64,000 bases of DNA, taken from the NCBI RefSeq assembly GCF_006345805.1, contig NC_043017.1, forward strand, positions 8,804,001 through 8,868,000. Reading direction: 5' to 3'. Under the pieces are notes generated by a model, which saw nothing but the letters and a program-made list of their open reading frames with translations, was not told the DNA's origin and did no database searches. The stretch comes from Octopus sinensis. Lineage: Eukaryota. Below, in pieces: positions 26,960 to 38,909 of the stretch; position 1 is the stretch's first letter, and each line of letters begins with the position of its first letter. The position numbers and the translations under genes are program-made.

Positions 26960-27540
26960 ACATGTCACACTCAGATATCCCTTTTGGTGCATCATTCTCT
27001 GGAACAATGATGAACCAATACTGTAGGAAATTGTACACCACATCTAGGTGTTTAGATATAACAAGATAACTAGAGAGCCCTTAGAAAAGTAGGGAACCAG
27101 TGTTGTAGAGACTGGTAAGACTGGTACACCAGAAGGAATATATTGGTGGGTATAGATATCAAAGGATATTTAGGGGTTTCTAGAACAGGAGAGAACTGTT
27201 ATTAAAGAGAATGGTGCATCTTAGGCTGTGTTTAGATATAACAGGATATCTAAGGAGTCCCTAAGAAAGAGGGGAACCACTGTTGTAGAGATTGATGTAC
27301 CACAAAGAATACCTAGACGAATATAGATATCAAAGGATATACTTAGGGAATCCTTAGAACAACAGTAACCACTGTTGTAGAGACAGGTGTACCACAAGGG
27401 TTATTTAAGTGGGTCTAATAAAAAAGTCAAGGTAATTTTTCACTAAGCATGTCATTGAGAAAGTCTTGTGGGCTGCAGTTTGTGCATGACTGGTCTAGAT
27501 ACAAAGAGATATTTAAAATGTCTCTAGAACCTGTGAAGAT
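26960..27540. repeat. Degenerate tandem repeat, about 85-95-bp unit
   Basis: Recurrent TAGATAT(A/C)A(C/A)AGGATAT...CCTTAGAA...AACCA(G/C)TGTTGTAGAGA blocks. Confidence 0.7.
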
Positions 27541-27645
27541 CCATTGGCTCTAAAGACTCTGTGAAACCAATAATTAGTCTATCGCAATAAATGCTGCAAC
27601 CAAGCTAAACAAAATATAACAACAACCACAGAATTTAAAACTTAC

Positions 27646-27844
27646 AAGTAGCTTCCTAAGGAGTTGTGGCAGGTCCCTCCATTATGACATAACCTTGAAT
27701 TGCATTCATTGATGTCTTCGGAGCAGGTTGTACCAATATAACCGGAAGAACAATAACATTGGAATGTATTCTTCTTAGATACACAGGTGGCATTATTGTG
27801 GCAGGGCTGTGAAGAGCAATAGTCTTGATATTCACAGTTGTTAC
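27646..27844 (-). CDS. Notch: Notch exon: EGF4 plus first part of calcium-binding EGF5 (199 nt, phase 1/2)
   Basis: Acceptor catattttcattccag| and donor ACTT|gtaagt. Translation: (G)NNCEYQDYCSSQPCHNNATCVSKKNTFQCYCSSGYIGTTCSEDINECNSRLCHNGGTCHNSLGSY(F). Contains a cbEGF signature (EDINEC; CHNSLGSYFC). Confidence 0.93.
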
Positions 27845-28444
27845 CTGGAATGAAAATATGATGGGAAAGAAAAAAAAAAACATAAGGTAAGAGAGAGAAA
27901 GAATATTATAATCTCTTAGGATAAATAGTTTTTGAACAAAGAATATTGTCAGAATCAGGCAAGCATAAAAATACTCTTGGAATTTAGTTGCAGGAAATGA
28001 TGTAATTCATAATGTAATGAGCCAGAACAAATACCACAGGTATTTGGGGTCAATGTTCTAATAATCCTAACCCATCATCCAAAATAATGATGATAATGTT
28101 TTCAAATTTTGGCTCAAGATCAGAAATTTTTGTGAGAGGGGATGAGTCAATTACATTGACCCCAGAACTCAGCTGATACTTATTTTATTAACCCTGGAAT
28201 GATGAAAGGTAAATTCAACTTCAGTGGTATTTGAACCCAGGTAGAGTTTTTAATAGCAATAATAATTTCAAATTTTGGCACGCCAATAATTTCAGTGGGG
28301 AAGGGCATACTGGATTACATTGCTCCCAGAAGATGATTCTGACCTTATATTATTGACTCTAAAATCTAAATATAAAACAGGACATAATTAAAAACTACTC
28401 CAATCTCTCCTTTTTTGTTTCTTTATATACAATATATATATACA

Positions 28445-28675
28445 TTTCTTTATTGCCCACAAGGGGCTAAACATAGAGGGGACAAACAAGGACAGACAAA
28501 GGGATTAAGTCGATTACATCGATCCCCAGTGCGTAACTGATACTTAATTTATCGACCCCGAAAGGATGAAAGGCAAAGTCGACCTCGGCGGAATTTGAAC
28601 TCAGAACGTAACGACAGACGAAATACCGCTAAGCATTTTGCCCGGCGCGCTAACGTGTCTGCCAGCTCGCCGCCT
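28445..28675 (-). mobile_element. SINE family B, near-complete copy (Nin/Deu-like central domain)
   Basis: GGCGGCGAGCTGGCAG...CTGAGTTCAAATTCCGCCGAGGTCGACTTTGCCTTTCATCCTTTCGGGGTCGATAAATTAAG. Close copy at 59165-59378; many decayed copies. Confidence 0.88.
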
Positions 28676-28766
28676 ATATATACAATACACACACACACAA
28701 ACACATATAGTCAACAACGCTTTTAAAGGACAGCAAGAGTGAAATATCATAAAAGGAATGACATAC

Positions 28767-28901
28767 CCAAGAATCTTGGTCGGCAGATACATTTATATTC
28801 TTTGAGTGTGTTGACATTGACACAAGTTCCACCATTTCTACAAGGGTTGTTGTAACAAACACTGCTTTTATCTCGCTGCTCACACATGCTGCCATGGAAC
28901 C
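28767..28901 (-). CDS. Notch: Notch exon: end of EGF2 plus EGF3 (135 nt, phase 1/1)
   Basis: Acceptor tgattcttccacag| and donor TTGG|gtatgt. Translation: (G)FHGSMCEQRDKSSVCYNNPCRNGGTCVNVNTLKEYKCICRPRFL(G), resembling human NOTCH1 ...NPCRNGGTCDLLTLTEYKCRC. In frame with both neighbouring exons. Confidence 0.92.
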
Positions 28902-30067
28902 CTGTGGAAGAATCAACACAACTCAGTTAATTATATACACTAATTTATACATACATGCACACACGCATACATTCAAATGTTACAGTTCACAAACTAAAGA
29001 GGAAGAGAGTGACATATACATACACACACATATATAAGCATATATACATATATACACACACACATATATATACATATAAATATATATAGATGTTTATATA
29101 ACATATATATATAAAAACATATGCATAACACACACACACACAGAGTCTCACATAAATAATGCTTTATTCAAGCATAATTATGAATACATATAGCAACTGG
29201 TGTATCATAATTAATGCAGATACATCATTGAAAACCTTGTCGAGCAGCAATATTCATTTCACGATAGCATCTTTTATAGACGTAGAATGTTAAAAAAATA
29301 ACCCGAATTTTATCAGTAACATACGAAAATCATCTAACAGTTGTGGTGGCATTGCTAATTATGTATTTCTGCTTGCTTAGGCTTCATCAATAGAAAGTAC
29401 ATTTTAAAACAAAATCAATTGCTACTGATATTGTAAAATCAATGACTGAAAAATTATTTATTTCATACAATTCTGAAAAAGTAGAATTTTCCAAAATTTC
29501 GATTCCCCCCCCTTTCCCCCCATTTTAATGTTTCCTAACCATACTTCTGAACCTATTTCCTTTCCTATGTGGTATTAGACTTCATGGTACAGCTTTTTCC
29601 AGTACTCCAGCAACTTCTCAGTTCTAGACTTAGCTAAACCACAAGTACGTTTCACTGAACTTGCAGTCAACTACATATATTACACTTTGTAACACGATTT
29701 TTCACTTAGGGTAGCAAATGTTATTTCCCATTTGCTTATCCCTAGAAAATATGGAAAATAGCTACTACTTCATTCAAACCTTGCTTTTATTACATTTATC
29801 CAAGCTCCAAAGAATCCCCCTCAACACATGGCTATGATGCTCTCCCACTCCTCCTACTCATCATCAAAGATACACATATTGTCATCTAAGGGACATGCTC
29901 AATTGGCTAAGTTCAAGCAAATCTGTGGTATTGAGCAGAGGCACTTGCTACATGGACATTTCTAGCTCAGCAACACAGTGCTGAATCTGTCTGAAATGTA
30001 ATGGAAAAATCAATCAATTTCAAAACATAAATGTCCAGGTCGCAAAAGCAAAGTTTGAAAGGAATAG

Positions 30068-30475
30068 TAGGCGCAGGAGTGGCTGTGTGGTAAGTAGCTT
30101 GTTTATAAACCACATGGTTCCGCGTTCAGTCCCACTGTGTGGCATCTTGGGCAAGTGTCTTCTCCTATAGCCTCGGGCCGACCAAAGCCTTGTGAGTGGA
30201 TTTGGTAGACGGAAACTGAAAGAAGCCCGTCGTATATGTATATATATATATATGTATGTGCGTATATATGTTTGTGTGTATGTGTTTATCCCCCTAGCAT
30301 TGCTTGACTACCGATGCTGTTGTGTTTATGTCCCTGTCCTCCTAGCGATCCGGCAAAAGAGACCGATAGAATAAGTACTGGGCTTACAAAGAATAAGTCC
30401 CGGGGGTCGAGTTGCTCGATTAAAGGCGGTGCTCCAGCATGGCCGCAGTCAAAATGACTGAAACAAGTAAAAAGG
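30068..30475 (+). mobile_element. SINE family A, near-complete CpG-rich copy (tRNA-like head, CCTTGGGCAAGTGTC core, internal (TG)n)
   Basis: A-box and B-box-like head (TGGCTGTGTGG...GTTCAGTCC). At least 15 related copies, e.g. 2010, 15720, 19125, 33645, 40960(-), 46960, 52630(-), 54880, 61470(-), 61820. Confidence 0.88.
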
Positions 30476-31952
30476 AAAAGAAAAGAAAGAATTTCCTTTG
30501 ATTTCTAGATAGAACCAAGTAAGAAAAAAACACTTACTGGTAAAAGACAAAAAAAAAAAAAATTACACTGGGTTATCTGTCTTTAACAGAGTTATCTCTC
30601 TTGCACTGTATCCACGACATATTTGTAAATCTCCCTCCCATACTATTAATCTTAAAATTATTTTTATCAGTGAAGTACAATCGTAGTTTGAAAACCTGCT
30701 GAACCGTAACGCAAATAGGATAGAAGTTAAACATAGAAAACATTAAGCCATTCCTTCTTTCTGTACATGATAAATAGGATTTCGATTTGACATAATCTTT
30801 CGTTACGTTTATTTGAAGCAGACATAAACGGTCACATTTCAAATCTATTATCTTTTTTTAACTTTCACTTGATTCGGTCATTAGTCCTCAGTCAAGATGG
30901 GACACTATCTTGAAAAGTTTTTAGCTGAACAAATCCCTAATCTTCTGTTCACTTTTTTTGTTTCTGAATGTGTGTCGAAAAAAAAGGAACAAATTATTAT
31001 AAAGAAAAATTTACCACGTCTTGAAGTGTACAGAGCAGAAACAAATATTTAAAAAAAATTTTTTTTCATTTCATAATTTGGAGTTATCGCCCTTGCATTC
31101 GTTACTAACAACGTTAATATTTTTACTTTTCAGAGAGACAACTGTTATCGCGCTCTGGCCACATTTAAAATGAATTAGCAATTTGCGCACTCTTTCTCTC
31201 ATTTGTACTCCAAAAATCTGTACTGTTTTTTTGTGTGTGTATGTGCACGTGTATGAGCGTGCGCCTGTGTAGCTGTCCGCTTCTCTCCAGGAAAAAAAGA
31301 CTTTTTTTAATTTCAGAGAATCTTTGATTCGTAAGATTATTTACCTTCATCATTTAATATCGGTTTCAAATTTTGACACAAGGCCAGCAATTTCAGGAAG
31401 GCGGTAAGTCCATTCCACCGACCCCAGCACTCAACTGGGACTCACTTTATCAACCTCGAAGGGGTGAAAGGCAATGTCGACCCCGGCGAGAGATTGCCAG
31501 TTGGCATTTTGTTGGCATTTGTTCGATCAACACAAAAACTGTTTCAAATAAATCAAGAACTTCTCTTTAATGGTATTAAATATACTTCCATTCGCCTTTA
31601 TTGTTCAAAGTCATGCCATTGGGACACACGTCGATGGAATGTGTGTCTGTATTTGCGTATGCGTGAATGCATGCCTGGTTGTGGATGTCTGCACGCTGAG
31701 TACGTGTGTGTGTGTGTGTGTGTGTGTGTGACCGTGCACACACGCGTATGCAACAATGCGCGCGAGCGTGTGTATGTAACCGCGTGCGTGCATGTGTGTG
31801 TGTTTGTTGGTTTTTTTTAGTAAAATTGTATGTAATTGTAAATGCGTGTGTGCTTGTGTGTAATTGCATTTGTGGGTGTGAACGTATGATTGAGTGGGTG
31901 TACATATAAAAATATGGAAGAAAATAGGTGCATGACGAGAGTCTCTACTCAC

Positions 31953-32092
31953 CGAGTTGGCAGGTACATCGTGGTTTCACCTCACGCACATTCTGGAAAA
32001 TCTCGCATGTCCCATTGTTCATACAATGCTCAGCACTGGGCCGACATGGGTTCAAATGCTGACAGTACTCACCCCGGTAGTCTGTGCTACAC
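31953..32092 (-). CDS. Notch: Notch exon: end of EGF1 plus most of EGF2 (140 nt, phase 2 in, phase 1 out)
   Basis: Acceptor ctttttgtttattctaaag| and donor CTCG|gtgagt. Manual translation: CSTDYRGEYCQHLNPCRPSAEHCMNNGTCEIFQNVREVKPRCTCQL(G). EGF cysteine spacing; resembles Drosophila/human Notch EGF1-2. Not reported in this frame by the ORF track. Confidence 0.9.
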
Positions 32093-32704
32093 CTTTAGAA
32101 TAAACAAAAAGAAAAAACATATCAGTAACAGAACAACAGTATAGGTGAAGGTACATGGTTAGGGTACTTCATTCACGATCGATAGATTGTGTGTTCAATT
32201 CCTGGACTGGGTGACATGTTGCGTTTTTGAACAAAACATTTCATTTCATGCTGCCCTGCATGTGGGAGACTGGCAGAAAAGTCTGGTCAGAGTAGCTAAA
32301 GTTCCAGTAAGCTACTTAACGATGGCAGGCGAGGGTATGGGCCCTCCCAGGTTGTATTGGGGGTGCTGGAGAAGGTTCACATGCACAAGACCTGCCCAAG
32401 AGCAGACCACTGTTAAGCTAGGCTACAATATTTAAGGGTGTGACCACTGCTAGGCTAGGCTACAATATTTAAGGCGGTGAGCTGGCAGAATCATTAGCAC
32501 GCCGGGCGAAATGCTTAGCAGTATTTCGTCTGTCTTTACGTTCTGAGTTCAAATTCTTTCACGGTCGACTTTCCCTTTCATCCTTTCAGGGCCAATAAAT
32601 TAAGTATCAGTTGCGTACTAGTGTCGATCTTATCAACTGGCCCCACTTCCGCAAAATTTTGGGTTTTGTGCCTAGAATAGAAAAGAATAGTAGTAGTAGT
32701 GGTG

Positions 32705-32965
32705 GTGGAGGTGAAGGCTCAGTGGTTAGAACGTCAGGCTTACAACCATGAGGTAGTGAGTTTGATTCCCGGACAGGGTTGCGTGTTACGTTCTTGAGCA
32801 AGACACTTTATTTCACGTTGCTCCAGTTCACTCAGCTGTAGAAATGAGTTGCGACGTCACTGGTGCCAAGCTGTATTGGCCCCTTTGCCTTTCCCTAGGA
32901 TGATATCAGTGGCATGGAGAGGGGAGGCTGGTATGCATGGGCGACTGCTAGTCTTCCATAAACAA
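32705..32965 (+). mobile_element. tRNA-derived SINE with a well-preserved head (not a tRNA gene)
   Basis: GGCTCAGTGGTTAGAACGTC...GTTTGATTCCC A/B boxes followed by TTCTTGAGCAAGACACTTTAT core; no complete cloverleaf. Confidence 0.65.
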
Positions 32966-35421
32966 CCTTGCCTGGGCTCTTTACCCACCACTACCATCAT
33001 CATATCATCACCACCCATCCTCTCATCTCACCACCTTCTCCCTCATCACATCCCATTACCACCACTATCATCATCATGCATGGGTTGACAAGATCTGTCA
33101 GGTTTGGCAGATCTGATGAGTCAGAGGGACATATTGTACTCAATCGTCTGCTTTGACATGGCTTCTACAGTTTGGATGCCCTTCCTAATACCAACCACTT
33201 TATAGGGCGTCTGTCCTAAACCCTTCCCCCACCCCAATGGTAACAACATTGCACTAATGAAGTCACCATGCAGTTCACAAAAGTAAGATCCCTTCACATG
33301 AGTGGTGCTACAGTATAGAGAAAAGCAGCTTGATGCTGGGAGGCAAAGGGGTAGAGCAGGGGTTTTTTATCTATGGACCCCTTTGATTACTATTTTATTC
33401 TGGTGGACCCCATTATGATTCGGTATTTAAAAATTAGTTTTCTAGGCGCTTCTTTAAAAATTGCCCTTTTGCTTTACATCCAATCACTTGTGTAGGTTTG
33501 AAGTTACCCTCTCTGAACGAACATGTCTCAATGCCTCAAGACATGTTTGTGTAAAACATTCGAGAAAGAAACTTAGTTGTTTCCTGCAAAAAATACAATT
33601 AAAAACAAAAGTTTATTCGTAAACACTTTTTTTCAATATAAGCTCAGGTGCATGGTTGTATGGTAAGAAGCTTACTTCCCAACCACATGGTTCTGGGTTC
33701 AGTCCCACTGCATGGCATCTTAGGTAAGTGTCTTTTACTACAGCCTCAGGCCAACCAAAGTCTTGTGAGTGGATTTAGTAGATAAAAAGTGAAAGAAGCC
33801 CATCATATGTGTGTGTGTGTGTGTGTGTGTTTCTCCCCACCACCACCACCATTTGACACTGGTGTTGGTGTGTTTACGTCCCCGTAACTTAGCAGTTTGG
33901 CAAAAGAGACCAACAGAATAAGTACTAGGCTTTAAGAAATAAGTCCTGGGGTTGATCTATTCGACTAAGTGGTGCTCCAGCATGGCAACAGTCAAATGAC
34001 AAACAAATAAAAGAATATGAAAAAATTTTTTTAAATACTATAGTGGATCCCCAGTTTACTGCTTTGCTTGCATGGACCCCCAAAAATTCCTGTACAGACC
34101 CCTAGGAATTATATGGACGCTGGTTGAGAACCACTGGGTTAGAGTATGAAGGAAGGGGCTCAGAACAGTGAGTCCCCAAGTTTCAGATAAAATACAGGTG
34201 ATGAGACAAGGAGAAGCAATCGAGTCAGGTGGGTACAAAACAGACAGGTAAGTTAGTGTTAATATATTAAATGAATGGAACATCAAAGAGCCAATTAGAA
34301 GTAATTCTGTGGAGACAGAGAGAGCGAGAGACAGACAGACAGAAAGAAGCAGACAGATGGAGGTAGACAGTTAAGTTAATGCTAGTTTATTTAATATAGC
34401 AAACACTAAAAACTTGAAATAATTATGTGTAAGAGAGAAAGTAAGAGACAGACAGACAGATGGAGGTAGACAGCTAATTTAGCATTATATTATTTAATAA
34501 ACCAAGCACTAAAAACTATGGAAAGATAAAAAGAAAGAAAGAGAGAGGAACAAAGAGCCAGCAAGTTAAATTGATGTCAGCATATTTAGCACAGAAAGCA
34601 TAAAATACTAAACTATTATATATGTTTTTAACAAGCTCACTGGCTAATTGCAACACCAGTGCCTGTTCTGGCATTGTTTTTCTATACATCACTGACAAAG
34701 AGAAGAATTGCTGCTATCTCTAGCAGTTGAGTGTCCATCACTGATGAGATCAAGGAAGGTCAAAATCACATGATCTGGTGATCTCAGCCCTGGAGATGGC
34801 AGAGATTTATCTACCTCCCTAGCAATATAAACATGCATACATTTTGCACCAAAAGCCAATAAAAGAGTTTCTCTCATAGCATCTGCTGCAGAACAGTGTG
34901 TTCTAACAGAAAGTCCATGTTTAAGTGAGGAGAGATACAATGACATGGTGATACAAAATCATATAATTTATATTGGATAATATATAAATTATTTCAGTAA
35001 ACATGGGAGGCAATTCTAAAAACGTTTCAGACTTATTACTATCTTATCAGCAAGACTGTCTTGGGTATGACTTTAAACTACATGCAGAAGTGGGGGCCCT
35101 GGTTTCAGAGATCCATGGTTTGGGGGGAATATATTATCACAGTCCAACTACAATTATTCCCAGTTCTACTCAATCCTGGAGTAGTAGAACCTACCAGGGT
35201 CCCAGCTACAGTTAAAACCTATAGCTTGCTGCTCACCTCACCATACTTAACCTGCTGAGCCACTATGGTCAAACCTCCATATCTAAACTGTAAGGGTGGA
35301 TTGTGTGGACAGCCTCTACTAACTACAGGCAGGAAGAAAAACCCCTACAGTGTCAAGGGCCAGCTTACATGGCCATTTGACAGTATGCCACTCTTTCTTG
35401 TGATCTTCAGGCATGAAGAAA

Positions 35422-35715
35422 TTGACAGAATGTTAAAACTTTGCAAGACTTTGTAAACCAGCTTAACATTCATTCTCTCTATATTCACCCCCTTTCTATC
35501 TGTCTGTCTATCTATCTATCCATCTATCTATCTATCCATCCATCCGTCTATCTATCTATCCGTCTATCTATCTATCCATCTATCTATCTATCCATCTATC
35601 CATCCATCCATCCATCTGTCTATCTACCTATCCATCTATCTGTCTATCTATCCATCTATCCGTCTATCCATCTATCCGTCTATCCATCTATCCGTCTATC
35701 TATCCGTCTATCTAT
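35422..35715 (+). mobile_element. 5'-truncated retroposon 3' end with a (TCTA)n-type tail and 16-bp target-site duplication
   Basis: Flanked by TTCAGGCATGAAGAAA at 35406-35421 and 35716-35731. Its 79-bp unique part is identical to 37502-37580. Confidence 0.85.
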
Positions 35716-36126
35716 TTCAGGCATGAAGAAAATGTGCTTCATCACTGAAGCACACAGACTTTATTTTACATGCCAAAGCAGTGATGGGAGAATTAGTACT
35801 ATTTTCTTGATTCCAGATGGATGGAAAACAAAAGTTTATTATATTGAGCTCTTGAACTCACAACACATAATGACAGTACTTTTGTTGGCATAGCTTTACA
35901 GCAGAATTGACACCGATGCTGGTGTCAGATATAAAGCACTGCTGCTGATGCCATGTAAAAAGCACCCATTATACTCTATAAAGTGGTTGGTGTTAGGAAG
36001 GGCATCTAGCTGTAGAAACCATGTCAGAACAGACAACAGAACCTGGTATGGTCTCTGGATTTACCAGCTCCTATCAAACTGTCCAGCCCATGCCATCATC
36101 GAAAACAGATGTTAAATGATTATGTA

Positions 36127-36167
<41 letters not shown>

Positions 36168-36173
<6 letters not shown>

Positions 36174-36297
36174 TATATAGAAGGAGCTTCTACAGGACTA
36201 GAACTGTTTCATTCAAGAGAAATCTTCAGGGCTTCCTGAAGATTTCTCTTGAATGAAACAGTTCTAGTCCTGTAGAAGCTCCTTCTATATAATAAAT
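36168..36297. repeat. Perfect palindrome: 63-bp arms, 4-nt loop
   Basis: Arm 36168-36230 is the exact reverse complement of 36235-36297; loop GCTT; checked base by base. Confidence 0.97.
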
Positions 36298-36363
36298 TAA
36301 TTTTACTCTGCTATGTATTGAGTACCTTATTTACTGTGGTTAACCCCGAATCAACCCGGGACC

Positions 36364-36394
<31 letters not shown>

Positions 36395-37439
36395 TCTTTT
36401 ACTTGTTTTCAGACATTTCACTGTGGCCCTGCTGTAGCACTGTCTTTAGTCGAGCAAATCGACTCCAGGACTTATTCGTTGTAAGCCTAGTATTTATTTT
36501 ATCGGCCTCATTTGCTGAACTGCTAAGTTATGGAGACGTAAACACACCAAAATCAGTTGGTGGGGGGACAGACAAAAAACACGACACGCTTCTATCAGTT
36601 TCTGTCCACCAAATCTACTCACAAGGCTTTGGTCAGCCTGAGGCTATAGTGGAAGACACTTGCCCAAGGTGCCACGCAGTAGGGCTGAACCCGGAAATGT
36701 GGTTGGGAAGCAAACTTCTTACCACACAGCCATGCCTGTGCCAATGTATGTATATATATATATGTGTGTGTGTGTGCGTTTATGTTTGTGTCTTTGTGTT
36801 TGTCCCCCACCAACGCTTGACAACTGGTGTTGGTTTGTTTACGTCCCCGTGACTTAGTGGCTTGGCGATAGAGGCGGATAAAGTAAGTATTAGGCTTTAA
36901 AAAAAAAAGAAAAAAGGACCAAGTACTGTGGTCAATTTGTTCGATTAAAAGCCATTAAGGTAGGTTTTCCAGCGTGGCCACACAGTCCAATGCCAAAACA
37001 AACGAAAGACAATACGCGCGCGCGTGCGTGCGTGCGTACACATACCTCCACATATCATATATTATAGAAGAAAGGAATAAAGAGAAAAGGAGGGGGAGAA
37101 TCATGAAAGTGATAGGGAAAGAGAGAGGTCGTGCCGGTAGCCAATCAAAATGCAGACAAGAGCAGGTGCGTTTTTAACAAAAGCATCACCCACGCCGCCG
37201 CCGCCACCACCACCATTACTATCACTATCACCTTAATCACTTAGTAACTCCCTACTCCCACCCCCGACCACAATATTCACCCTTATTGTCATCCCATTTC
37301 ACAATAACCACTGTTACCATCACCGTTACCACCACCACCGCCGCAGCCGCCACCATTAATACTACTACTACTGTTATTGCTACTATTTGAATACTAAGGC
37401 AAGTTGTGTGTGTATGGGGTGGGGGTGGGGGTAGCTGTT

Positions 37440-37930
37440 GGTATGTGAAAGGAGGGGTGTGGTGATACGGACAGGTGCAAAACGTTAAAGGTTTCGCCCG
37501 GTGACAGAATGTTAAAACTTTGCAAGACTTTGTAAACCAGCTTAACATTCATTCTCTCTATATTCACCCCCTTTCTATCTATCAATCTGTCTATCTATCC
37601 GTCTATTTGTCCGTCTGTCTATCTATCTATCCGTCTATCTATCTATCTGTCTATCTGTCTATCCGTCTCTCTGTCTATCTATCTATCTATCTATCTATCT
37701 ATCCATCTATCTATCTGTCTGTCTCTCTATCTATCTATCTGTCTATCTATCTATCTATCCATCTATCTATCTATCTGTCTGTCTCTCTGTCTATCTATCT
37801 GTCTGTCTGTCTGTCTATCTATCTGTCTATCTATCTATCTATCTGTCTATCTATCTAGCTGTCTATCTATCTATCTAGCTGTCTATCTATCTATCTAGCT
37901 GTCTATCTGTCTGTCTATCTATCTATCTAC
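37440..37930 (+). mobile_element. Longer copy of the same retroposon 3' end with a long (TCTA/TCTG)n tail
   Basis: Shares the 79-bp segment with 35423-35501, followed by about 350 nt of tetranucleotide repeat. Confidence 0.7.
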
Positions 37931-38836
37931 GTAGAGCTTTCTCTTTCGTTCTCTCTATATAGCTACCGTAGTCTTTCTGTCTCTCTTCCTATCTATCTAT
38001 ATATCGTAGTATATATATTTCCACTCTACCTGTCCATCTCTCTATATATACACAGGCACATATCTATCTACTATCTATCTATCTTCCTCTTTTTCATTCT
38101 AACTACCTCTCTTGGCTTGGTAGTGAAGAGGCGGAACCGGTGCTGTATGTATGATTAAGTGTGCGTGTGTGTATCCTCCTCCATACACACACACTACATG
38201 TGTTGATAAAACATTTGTATATTTTCGTTATAAAACTTTCAAACGGCGCATCAAACAATCTAAACTTTAAAATCAAATATCGAAATGTGAAATAAACCTT
38301 TCTCTACCCCATAAACATGATGACTAACTAACACCGTTTGACAGAGTGGGTGGGGCTATACATATCTGTCCACCTGGGTATAGGTGCCCCGAGTATGAAG
38401 AAGAAAGTTTATCATAGAGGGAGCAAGGGACGGGGCTAACTTTTCATCCGTGTTAACAGCATTATAGATCCCAGGTAAATCAATGTATTGGAGCCTATCG
38501 TATATATTGATAGCAACCACAGCGCACATAGATAAAGAACTGGGCCCCTACACCCGTGAGTTCCTCCCACCCTCAGGCAACTACCCAAGTGCCTGTACCA
38601 TTAAAGACGGCACTGGTGTTAACCAGTTTTACAGCTACGTAGACTTAGGAACCTGAGACAACTGTGTTGTTGAGTCTGCCACTGACATATTTGTAGTGAT
38701 TGACCCCGTAACGTATGAATGTCTATGGTGATGGTAACGAGTATTGCCTCTCATCTTTTCTTTCTTATTCAGGCATTGAATATACAGAAATTATGATCTT
38801 TAAGGCCAAAAATACAAATAAAATGAAATTTTAAAA

Positions 38837-38909
<73 letters not shown>

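Larger units (their letters stand above)
18910..32092 (-). other. Notch: Partial Notch gene model: 4 exons, introns of 3051, 922 and 8602 nt
   Basis: The four exons join in frame (608 nt) with GT-AG introns. A manual scan found no further EGF exons in 1-18909 or 32093-64000. Confidence 0.88.

Noticed and set aside
30573-30842. 89-aa ORF upstream of the EGF3 exon as a missing Notch exon
   Set aside because: No EGF pattern, and the flanking exons already join in frame without it.
32710-32790. tRNA gene
   Set aside because: A and B boxes are present but there is no acceptor stem or cloverleaf, and it continues into SINE body.
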